From Lama guanicoe (Eukaryota): DNA of 64,000 nucleotides. Each line of letters begins with the position of its first letter. Position 1 is the first letter of the stretch. The translations under genes were made by a program, and so were the position numbers. The stretch is from positions 1 through 64,000 of the forward strand of contig MU054338.1 of assembly GCA_013239625.1 (NCBI GenBank), written 5' to 3'. The notes beneath the pieces are model-generated. The model worked only from the letters and a program-made list of their open reading frames with translations, had not been told where the DNA came from and ran no database searches. This document shows positions 1 to 10,346 of this stretch, one piece after another.

Positions 1-205
1 ACCCTAACCCGAACCCTAACCCGAACCCGAACCCGAACCCGAACCCGAATCCTAACCCTAACCCCTAACCCTAACCCTAACCCGAACCCGAACCCGAACC
101 CGAACCCGAACCCGAACCCTAACTCGAACCCGAACCCGAACCCTCATCCCGAACACGAACACGAACCCAAACCCGAAGACGAACACGAACACGAACACGA
201 ACCCT
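1..205 (+). repeat. Terminal telomeric / telomere-variant hexamer tract (CCCTAA mixed with CCCGAA and CACGAA)
   Basis: Read directly: C-strand hexamers from base 1, with canonical CCCTAA interspersed with many CCCGAA, grading into CACGAA near 150-200. Orientation fits a chromosome end to the left. Confidence 0.95.
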
Positions 206-508
206 ACATAGCTTGATTCTTGTCAAAGGAATGAATTCAGTGAGCCCAATTGTTTGCTTCCTCCTTTACATAGTAAAGCACTAAATTCTTCTACCTGAGT
301 TGCCCGTTTTTCTCTAGATAAGAAGTAATCTTTTATTTTTCCAAATACCTGGTCTTTGTTGTAAAGCTCCTATATATCCTTTTTCCTCTCCTACCTCTTC
401 GGAGCAGTCCCTCCGAGCAATCTGAGAGGCTGTCATCCCGGCTAGAGTCCTCCCACCAAATAAAACATTACTCCAAACTTTTGGACTGCGCATTTATTTC
501 AGTTGATA
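206..508 (+). mobile_element. 5'-truncated ERV1-class LTR abutting the telomere tract
   Basis: TATA-like TATATA (~371), R-region-like TCTGAGAGGCTGTC..CCCGG, AATAAA (~459) and an LTR-like end (..TTTCAGTTGATA). Family assigned from resemblance only. Confidence 0.55.
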
Positions 509-1845
509 GATTTTAATAGACAGACGTGTGGAAACATAAAGGTGATGAGGATCAACAAGGGTCTGTTTTGGAAATTTCTCCTCAATCTTGATGAGTCAGT
601 TTTGCAATCATAGGGCCATCTGGTGGTCAGGCCATCTGGTGGTCTGGAAGGTCACTAGCCCGCACCTTCTTTATCTGGTTACACCCATCTGATGTCACGG
701 AGGAACTCTGAAGGGTCTGGTCATTCTCCTGAGGTTGTTTTTCCATGACTCTCTTCCTGAAAAATGACTCAGAAAACATGACTATTAATTTAAATTTCCA
801 GAGCCAAAAAAAGGGAAAACAAAAAACAGCAAAATCTACAGTCTTGGCTTTAACAATGGGCCTGGGAGCTGGAAGCAGTGTCTGGTCAGTCAGGTTTGCT
901 GACCGTTCTAAAAGCAAGTAGTAAGCCAAGAATTTGTTAACCTAAGTGTGGCCATTTTATTATTTCTCCTTCATCTCCAGTATTTAGGCAAGTGCTTTGA
1001 AATACTATATCCAAACACAAACTGGGATGCAGTTACACACAGTAGCTCTGCGCATAATGGCTAAAAACTTGAAATCAGGATGTCCTTCAACAGATGAATG
1101 GATAAGCATCGGAGTACATCCAATGGATAAGCATGGGGTACATCCATGCCAAGGAGAGAAAATGCCACCCAAAATCGGCTTCTTTGGCATAAGAATTACT
1201 TCAGTCTGAATTTAAAAAGGAAAGAATTTCAGAAAACTGAGATGAACTTGCTCTTCTGTGAGCAATATTTACATTTATTAGGAAAATCTACATTTGTAAG
1301 GGTGTGTCCCGCTTTGTACCAGAAATAGAAGGCTGATTAAACCTCAAGTACCTCTTTTCAGTGGAGAAATCCTGACTTAAATCTGCATGAGAAACACACC
1401 CTTGTTTACTGAGCTTTCATGAAAACCTGCCATAACCAACTTCCTCCCTTCCCCAAGGTCTTGCTTTTGTTTTGAGCTGAAGATGGAATTTAAGGTGATG
1501 CCTGGGCCTCCCAGTCTCCCACTTTCCTTGTGTGGCAGTGACTGTCAGCTCCTCCTCCAGAGCCTCTGGCCTGTCCCCACAGTACCTCCCCTCTACAGCC
1601 CTGGCCCAAGCCCAACCTTGTGCTGGGCTCTTCCATCAGGCCCTGACACAGTGGGCAGGCGAGGCAGAACCTCACACCCCCTGGTGGTGGCTGCAGGTGG
1701 TGCAGGGGCTCCAAGATCTCTGATGGGCGGTGAAGCTGTTCCTCCTGCCGGCACCCAGCTGAATGAGGGAAACAGATTGTGTAATGCCATGGATTGAGGA
1801 GTTTAACATGAAGCCATGTCATTTCCTAAAATACTGATGGACAGA

Positions 1846-1965
1846 GGGGATGGTATAGTACAAGGGTACAGTGTGTGCTTGGCATGCACGAGGCCCTGGG
1901 TTCAACCCCCAGCACCTCCACTAAACCACAGGATAAATAAATAAACCTAATCCCCGCCCCCCAAT
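1846..1965 (+). mobile_element. Camelid tRNA-derived SINE (vic-1-like)
   Basis: GGGGATGGTATAG...GCATGCACGAGGCCCTGGGTTCAACCCCCAGCACCTCCA...ATAAATAAATAAACCTAAT: degenerate A box, B box GGTTCAACCCC and the tail typical of this SINE. Confidence 0.75.
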
Positions 1966-1974
1966 TTCTTAAAT

Positions 1975-2760
1975 ACATAAAGATCTGGACACCTCACCAA
2001 AGAAGACAAAAGGGCAAATAAGCACCAAAAAATGATGCTCAACATCACATATAACTAGGGAATTGCTAATTACAAGAACAAGACAGCACTGCACACCTAT
2101 TGGAAATGCTAAACTCTTAAAAGACTAACAGAACCAGTTGCTGAAGGAGGAACCACAGGAACTCTGATTCACTGCTGGTGGAATGTAGACTAGTACAGAC
2201 AACTTGGAAGGCTTTGGCAGTTTTTACAAATTAAGTTTGACCTTAAAATTTAACAATTGTATCCCTAGGTATTTAGACAGCTGCTTTGAAAATTTATGTC
2301 CAAACATAAACTATCATGAAATTAGATACAGTTGCTTTATTCATAATGGACAAAAACGTAAATGAATCTAGATGTCCTTCAAGAGGTGAATGAACGTATA
2401 ACCAAATTGGGGTACATCCATGCAGTGGAATACTACTCAGAAACGAAAACAAATGAAGCTTCATCCCCTCCTGAGACATGGATGAATCTTACAAAAGTAT
2501 TGCTAAGTGAAAGAAGCCAGTGTGGAGAGGCTACATACTATGTGGCTCCCATTTATATGACATTCTGGAAAAGGCAAAACTAAGAGCTGGCAAACAGCTC
2601 AGTAGTTGCCAAGGGTTCATGTGCGAGAGGGTTTGAAGTACTCTGCGTGATAATTTAATGGTGGACATTTGCCACTGCATTTGTCCAAAACCACAGAGTT
2701 TTGTAGCCCAAAGAGTAAAAGAGCATAATATGTGCAAATTCAAAGACATTTCTTAAGACG
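1975..2760 (+). mobile_element. Old L1 (L1M-type) ORF2 3' end / 3' UTR fragment
   Basis: L1 3' hallmarks such as ACACCTCACCAAAGAAGA, CACTGCTGGTGGAATGTA and GGATGAATCT...GCTAAGTGAAAGAAGCCAG. Confidence 0.75.
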
Positions 2761-3199
2761 GGAGAATATCCCTGGAAGGAATGCAGCACGTGCCAAAGAA
2801 TCTCACTGTATCACTGATGCATGAAAAAGTCACTGCAGGTACTGAGGCAAAAGGTGTAGTAACCTTTAACTTAAAAAGAGTATGTATGTATGTATAACTG
2901 AATCAATAGGCTGTGTACCAGAAAGTAACACAAGATTGTAAAGCAACTGTACTTCAGGTTTTTTTAATAGGGAAAAAATACACACACACACACAAAGCTA
3001 ACCCAAAAGGTCACGTTACAAATGAGTAGCGATTTGTAGATGGAAGGCAAAAGGACTACACGCAAACAGTACGCGCCATTTTTTTCAACTTTGGTAAGAA
3101 CATGTGACGTGACGTCTACCCTCTGAACAGATTTTTTAAGTGTAAAATCCAGGATTTTAAGGGTTCAAACGATCTCGTTATCTCTTAGCACAAAGTTGT

Positions 3200-5365
3200 A
3201 CGTCATAGCTATTGGCCAATATGACTGTGTACATGCCAGTATCACGCTGTTCTAATTATTGTAGGTTTGTAGTACACTTGGAAACCAGGAGGCGTGATAA
3301 CTCCAGCTTTGTTCTTCTCTTTCCACATTGGTTGGCAACTAGAGGTTTTCTGTGGTTCCACATGAATTCTAGAACTGTTATTTCTATTTCTGTAAGAAAT
3401 ACTATTGTGATTTTGGTAGGGATTGCACTAACCTGTGGCTCACTTTGGGTTGTATGAACTTTTTTTTTTTGGTATGGACATCTTAACAGTAGAGCCTTCC
3501 AATTCATGAACAGGATGTTCTTCCATGTGCTTATGTCTTGCTTAATGTCTTTCATGTTTCAGAGTTTTCGATGTCCAAGACTTTCACTTCGTGAGTTAAG
3601 TTTATGCCTAAGTACCTGATCATGTTACCATATACCATAGCACAAACTACCTCTCTTCTGATTTCACTGATTTCTGTGTTGATTTTGTATCCTGCAACTG
3701 TACTGTATTAGGTCTAGATTTTGTTTGGTTTTGGTCTTTAGGGTTTTCTATAGATAAGGTCATGTCAACTGCAAACAGGGACTATTTTTATCCCTTTTAT
3801 TTCTTTTTCTTGTATAATAACTCTGGTTAGAACTTACAGTACTATGCTGACAAGAAGTGGTGAGAGTGGGCATCCATGCCTTGCTCCTGATCTGAGCGGA
3901 AAAGCTTTCAGTTTTTCACCATTATGACGTTAGCTGTAGGCTTCTCACACATGGCCTTTGTTATGTTGAGATAATTTCCCTCTATTCCTATTTTGTTGAG
4001 TTTTTATCATGAAACGGTGTTGAATTTTGTCAAGTGGGTTTTTTTGCACCTGTTAAAATGATCATGTGATTTTTAGCCTTCATTCTGTTAATGCAGTAGA
4101 TCACATTACTTGATTTTCATGTGTTGAAACATCCTTGCATTTGAGGGATAAATCCCACTTGATCATATTACCATTTTAACACACTGTTGAATTCAGCTTG
4201 CTGGTATTCTGTTGAGGACTTTTGCATCTATGTTCATCTGGGATATTCAGCTGTAGTTCCCTTTTCATGTGCTGTCTTTGTGGTATCGAAGAATTGTTTC
4301 CCTCATAAAGATGAGTTTAGACGTGTTCCTTCCTCTCTAACTTTTTCTGGAAGAATTTGAGGATTCGTATTAATTCTTTGAATGTGTGGTAGAATTTGCC
4401 AGTGAAAACATCTGGTCCAAGCTTTTCTTTATTGGGAGGTTTTTGATTACTGATTCAATCTCCTTATCAGTCATAGATCTGTTCAGACTTTCTATTTCTT
4501 CATGATTCAGTCTTGATAAGTTGCATGTTTCTAGAAATGTATCCATTTCTTCTAGATAATGCATTTTGTTGGCATATGATTGTTTATAGCAATTTCTTTG
4601 GTCCTTTTTTATTTCTTTGGCATCAGTTGTACGGTCTCCTCTTTCATTTCTGATTTCTCTCTATTTCATTTCTGATTTTGAATTTTTTTTTCCTTAATAA
4701 CCTTTTATGATTTTTAAAAAAATTTAATCCTTAGTTTTAATATTTTTAAAATTTCTTTCCTGTTCTCTATTCCATGTATTTCTGTTCCAATCTTTATTTT
4801 ATCCTTCTAATTTTAGTTCAGTTTGTTCTTCTTCTAGTTCCTTGAGATACGAGTTCATGGCCTTTATTAGAGACTTTTACTTTTTTAATGCAAGCGTTTG
4901 TCACCATAACCTTCCCTCCTAATGCTGCTTTTGCTGCATCTCACAAGTTTCAGTGTCTTTATTATTTTTGTTTGCCTCAGACAGTTTTAAACTTCACTTT
5001 TCACGTCCTCTTTGACCCACTGGTTGCTCAAAAGTGAGCTTTGTAATTTCCCATGTTGGCGAGTTTTCCGGCTTTCCTGCTGCTATTGACTCCTAGTTCC
5101 ATCCCATGTGGTCAGAAAAGCACTTGGTCGGTCAGTCTTCTCAGCATTGTCAAGCGCTGTTTTGTGACCTAACGTGTGACCTACACCTGCGCTTGTGTCC
5201 TGTGCTTTAGAAGCAGGTCTATCCTGCTGCTTTGGGTTGGAAGTTCTGTGTACGTTTGCTAGGTCATTTTACCTAGTTCTCTGTTAGATTTACCCATTAC
5301 TGAAAGTGGGTTCTGAAGTCTCCACTATAACGGTATGGCTATTTCTCCCTTCAGTTTGGTCTAGT
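3200..5365 (-). mobile_element. Decayed L1 ORF2 fragment
   Basis: Minus-strand ORF remnants resemble L1 ORF2p: LEEMDTFLETCNLSRLNHEEIESLNRSMTDKEIESVIKNLP (4370-4564) and SAIPTKITIVFLTEIEITVLEFMWNHRKP (3256-3555). Confidence 0.9.
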
Positions 5366-5432
5366 TTATGCAGAATTCCAATTAACTGATGTAGACGCTC
5401 AGCCATCAAGCATATGGAGCTACCTTCCCACA

Positions 5433-5512
5433 CCTTAATTATGACCTTGACCTTAACCCCACCCTGACCCTAATCCTTAACCTAAACTTGAACTCCAAAC
5501 CTTAACACTAAC
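5433..5512 (+). repeat. Degenerate interstitial telomere-like (CCCTAA)n tract
   Basis: Hexamer-periodic CCTTGA CCTTAA CCCCA CCCTGA CCCTAA TCCTTAA CCTAAA ... CCTTAA CACTAA, same strand sense as the terminal tract. Confidence 0.6.
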
Positions 5513-5775
5513 TGTATTTCCTTACTTCTAAGCCTCTAAACAGAAACATCTCAGTAGAATTCCTCCAGTGACAGAAACGTCCTTTATCTTCCCTCTGGCT
5601 ACTGTGACTGATAACTGGACTTTTATTTTGTTAATTTAAGTTAATTTGAATTTTCAAAAGCCACATGTCATCAGTGGTGTCCGTATTTGGACAAAGTATA
5701 CATAGTGCCCTGCGACGGGCCGAGGAGATAGTCACGTGTGTGGTTTGGATCCCTAGTGCTCTTCCTTCAATGCAG

Positions 5776-6004
5776 GTGGATATTCAGAAACTATGTTAAT
5801 GTTTGCGTTTTGGGGTTTGCTGCTGAGATCAGCAGGAATACCAGCCTCCTGCCCAGCACGTCAGTAGGAGATCATGTCTACATTTCCCACAACAGAGATC
5901 AAAGCCCGCTCTCCACGTGGCTATCAGGAGTGGGCCAGAACATCCCCAGTGTCAACAGTGAGAAAGCCACGGTTGTCAGTGCAGAAACCACGTCAGCTTT
6001 TTTT

Positions 6005-6036
<32 letters not shown>

Positions 6037-8664
6037 TTTTTTTTTTTTTTTTTTTTAAATACATTACATCTTGTCCACGGACACAATATGTAGTTCTCCT
6101 ACATCAAAGCGGAAAACCAGAAAGCAGAGAACACTTGGAGTGGCGTGTTCTTTATTTGACCTGGCACTGACAGGACAGAGGAGGAAGACTTTAAAGGCTG
6201 AAGCTGGTCCTAGAAATAGCTTCTGAGCAACTTTTCCATCAGCCCTTGCAGTGGTGTTCAAAACAGAATGTGGTATGAAAAAGCCCTTGAGCAGCTCTTA
6301 CTACTGAAAGTGAGTAAGGTTGTTTAATACCCAGAGCACTTTCCACGGCAGGTGAAAAGAAGGAATACCATTCACAAATACCACAGAAGCACCTCTTGAT
6401 TGCTTCCTTCAGGAAGACAATGACCATGTTTTTTCTCTTGCCATTTAGGTCACCCGTGACCCCCTGCTGAGTGTCAAGGATCGGTGTCCCTGTCTGAACC
6501 TGAGGGCTCCTCTGCCCACAGGTGTGGTGGTGTCACTGCTGCATCTTGGCTGGACCTGGGCAGGGCTGTCGGCCTCTGATGCTGTGAGGGGTGAGCATTT
6601 TCTCTAGAGGCCAAGAAAAGACACGGGTGGGAGATTCATGCATTCCTCATGGTTCGAGCAGATGTTTATTGCCGAGCAATTCCAGCATTTTTTCTATTAG
6701 AAATTCTTACCCAGTGTCCCAGAGTCACAAAACTGTGGCTACTAAATGTATAAACTGCGCTGCTTGGATTCCAAACTCACACTGATAAAAATGAGGCTAA
6801 GAGAAAAACTCTGGAGCATCTTTATGTCAGATACGGGACCTAGGAACTGTCCAGCTGCTGAAAATGCACTCAAAGAGGCTTAACAAAAATCACAGGCTTT
6901 TAAAACTGCTGCACAACTCTCCCCTCCTCAATAAGAAGGGCTAGACAAGCAGGCTTGAGGCTACTCAGCCTCCAGGGAGAATGACCAAACCACATGGCCC
7001 CGGGAGTGACCCTCTGAAAGTGCCCAGACACCACTGCGGCCGGGAATTGGTAAGCAGAGAGCACTACAGTATCAGGGTTCCGTGTTGTTACAACTTAAAT
7101 AGGGATTCATTTGGTGAACGATCAGTACGTATTTTTCAACTTAGGAAGGTTTACTTAGGCAGAGCTTTCCAGTTTTCAGTTCATATAAATATTTCCAAAA
7201 TACAGTAAAAAGAGTGTCATAATGGGTTCCTATTCACAAATGTGCAGGCTTTAACAATTACTACATCGTGCAACATTTGCTTCATATTTCTGTATTGTGA
7301 AATACTATAGGTCATAACTATTACAAAATTTCGCTCCGGTATACTTCAGTATGTACCTGTAAAAAAGCGAGCACGACTCCCTATAAAACCACAGCACATG
7401 CTGCACCTACAACCTCAACACCAGAACTTCCTGCATACCGTTCAATGCTTAGTTAGAGGTGTTTTCGAAGCCAGTTAACACGAGAAGGTGGGGACGTTGG
7501 GCATCAAGGGAATGTCATCGAGAAATGACATTTACATGGCTAAGAATCTAGGGGTTTCCCATGAGAATCAACTAAGTGCCTGCCATGAGTGAAAGGGAAA
7601 AGAGAAAACACAAATTTTCCCTAGAACCATAGATGGTGCAAACCTAAGATTAGGCATGAGCGCTTCCATGCAGCCTTGCTGGGGTGAACCAATACGTCCT
7701 AACCTTTCAACATGAACATGACCACACACTGACACTCAGATCTGTAGGAACTACTGGATCTCAGACCTTGCATCCCTGCTTTTCTCATCAGACACAGACC
7801 AGAGTGTCCAGCACTCAAACAGTACGAGAGGACGCTGCCCCCAGAGGCTGTGAGCTTTTGGGCTTCCAGGGGCGGCTCCAGCCAGGCCTGCCCTCTCCCC
7901 CTCCGCCTTCACAGCTGTGCTGCCATGGGTCTTCGTGCAGCACCGGCTCTCCCACGATCAGCAGTACCCGGGTTCTCGGCTTCATCCTCCTCTTTCCCCT
8001 CCTCCTGCACTTCTTCTGCTCTTGACTGCTCCCTGCCTGCCCCAGCGCAGCCCGTGTCCCCCACAATCCACACTGGGAGTAGCGTTTACAGTGGCCTATT
8101 CCACATGTGGGCCAAAACCATCACTGTGGCCTTGGCTTTCAGGGTCACTGCTCCTGGGAAGAGGGCGAGGCACTGGCTGGGGTCAGTCTCATCTGCTCCC
8201 TGACTCAGCTGACTCTCCGTGGAATCTGCCCGGGGACTCCTTCCCCTTCACTGACACAGCCACACTCCAAGCCTGGACGTGTCCTCCTCGAGTGCAATGA
8301 GGACGCATCCCCGTCTCCAGCTGTGTCCTGGGACACCGGGCTCTTTGGCCCCAGGGAGCTTCACAGTGGCTTTCCTGTCCAGGAATCTGCCTGATACTTC
8401 AAGGAAACCAAGTTCCTGACCTTCCGCGCTCTGCTGCTCTGCAGTGTCTGGGTCAGTTGCCTCCCCATCTGGAGCGGCCCAGGGGACGTCACAGCGGCCA
8501 CAGGGGTCTTCTCCATCTTGGCCTCCAGTGCAGGGCTGCTAGGCTGCCTCTTTGCCCCCAGGTGCTGCAGAAATCCACCAAGACCAGACAGGCACACCTG
8601 CAAGGGGTATGGAGTAAGACAGGTTCTGGGTGCAAATAAAACAGAAACAGACATTAAAAAATAA
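5776..8664 (+). pseudogene. Vomeronasal type-2 receptor (V2R/VN2R, class C GPCR) unprocessed pseudogene: remnants of exons 2, 3 and 6
   Basis: Exon 2 remnant after an AG acceptor (5776-~5998): RNYVNVCVLGFAAEISRNTSLLPSTSVG..WLSGVGQNIP, versus V2R KNYQ..LAF.FAIEEINRNP.LLPN.TLG..WLSG..Q.IP. Exon 3 remnant after an AG acceptor (6449-~6607): DPLLSVKDRCP..VVSLLHLGWTWAGLSASDAVRGEHFL*. 7TM exon after an AG acceptor (7792-8664): AFTVAYST/WAKTITVALAFRVTAPGKR..GSFTVAFLSRNLPDT/KETKFLTF..CSVWVSCLP..GVFSILASSAGLLGCLFAPRC..RPDR. Multiple frameshifts and stops. Confidence 0.92.
5996..6057 (+). repeat. (CTTT)n / poly-T microsatellite interrupting V2R exon 2
   Basis: Seen directly: TTTC repeats followed by a T-run. 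Confidence 0.95.
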
Positions 8665-10033
8665 GTAACCCATTTTGCACAGATACTTGGTGAAAAGTTA
8701 AAGTTACCACTTACACTCTGAGAGAAAAGGTAAGCTCTGTATGTCCTGCAGTGGCTCCAGGGACACCAGCCATCAGCGATCAGCTTCAGAAGCTCCAATG
8801 TCACCTTAGACATTTCCGGGCACACAGTGTCTGTCCCACCTCCTGGCCCTCTGCTCTGGCCTGGGCCCCACTTCCCTCCTCTTCACTGCTTTCCCAGTTA
8901 CAAAAGTCTTCCCCACACTGGGGTTTGAACACATTTTTCCTGTTTAGAAAATATTCCTAGAGGTTGGTGTGAGGCCTTATCTATGTTGCTTCCCTGACAT
9001 TCACTTCTGTGAGTGGTGAGTGAGGAGTCCCCATTCCAGGGCAGAGGACAGTGGACCCATTTTTGAAGCTCCACCTGCACCAGGGTCCATGGAACCAGAG
9101 AAAAGGGGTCAGGGCGGGGGAGTTTCAGCTGTGTTGAGTCCTCTGGGAACACAGGAAGTGGACAAACTGGGCACCCTGGAAATCCAGTGTGTGCCGGTGC
9201 TGGTGGGCCCTGCTGATACGGAACGATCCAAGGGCAGGGGTCCCGGTCACTTGAGGGGAGGCGATCTGAGGCTTCGGTGCAGGGAGGGGGTATATCCTGA
9301 GTAGAAAGGGGACAATGAGCCTGGTTCCAGGCCAAAACCCCGTGCATGATCTTTCCAATTGCAACCACGCAAAGGCTCCACCTGGCAAAGCCCCGGCGAG
9401 CTGCCATCTCCCTGGACTCAGACACAGCCCTGCGTGCATCCTCTGGGGGTGCAGGTGAGGGCTCAGGCTCCTCTGGCCATACGCTTACCCACATCTGACT
9501 TTCTACCCCAGTGCTCACATCCGGGGGCCTGGCGGGGAGGCGGGGGAGCTACGGGTGGGCACAGGGCCTGTGTGGGTGGGGCCTTGGGGGCAGGTCCTGT
9601 AGGGGCCCTCGGGAGAGGGAAACTTCCTGGGAGGACAGAAGAGCTGTAAGACCTCTCCGACTTGGGTCTCAGGACTCTCCTACTCCTGGCCCTCCGGGAT
9701 ACGAGCAACTGCAGGCATCTCCTGCTCAGGGCTCTCTCCGCAGTGTGACCGCCCCCCTCACCCCCGCTACTTGTGCAGGTCCGCCCGACCCCCAGCTGCA
9801 ATGCTGGGCCTCCTGAGAGAGCAACGGGCAGTCGGTGCTTCTTTCCACTGACCTCCTGCCAAATGTGCCCAGAGCAGCGACCACAGGCCTCGCTGACTGA
9901 CCAGCTACTCCCACAGCTGAGCTCAGCAGAGCCCCGACAAAAGAGGGTCCCCGCCTCTGCTGAAGGAAAGTGGTCCTCAGAACGGCCGTACGAAACAGAA
10001 GTGCTGATAACATTTGTCAACCAAACGCCCTAC

Positions 10034-10039
10034 TTTACT
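10034..10039 (-). terminator. Probable PLPP2 polyadenylation signal (variant AGTAAA)
   Basis: AGTAAA on the minus strand about 310 nt after the stop codon, in an AU-rich patch with upstream UGUA motifs. No canonical AATAAA seen in the UTR. Confidence 0.55.
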
Positions 10040-10346
10040 AAAAATCCACATACATAATCCATTTTACAAAAACAGCATCCACGGGGATTTCTCAGTCCCT
10101 TCCCTAACCCCACAAACGAAGGGGGTCCTGAGAACACGGTCTTCCTCCAAACTCTAGGGCTGCCCCAGGCACCCCAGGCCCCTGGTCCCGTCTCAGGAGG
10201 TGGGGTTAGTGGAACCCGCCCCGGGGAGCCAGCCTGGGGCACCTGGAGCCTGCCAGAGCCCTCATCACCATCCCAGGTGAAGGGCCTGCCAGGACCACAG
10301 ACATGCTGACCACAGCCTGAGCCCCAGCTGGGAACGGCTCCCGGCC

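Noticed and set aside
1846..1925. tRNA gene
   Set aside because: Has A/B-box remnants but no intact cloverleaf and carries a SINE tail, so it is a tRNA-derived SINE.
5996..6430. Possible minus-strand processed pseudogene (poly-T with AATAAA near 6150)
   Set aside because: The signal is about 90 nt from the tract, there is no recognisable parent ORF or target-site duplication, and the region fits V2R intron 2.
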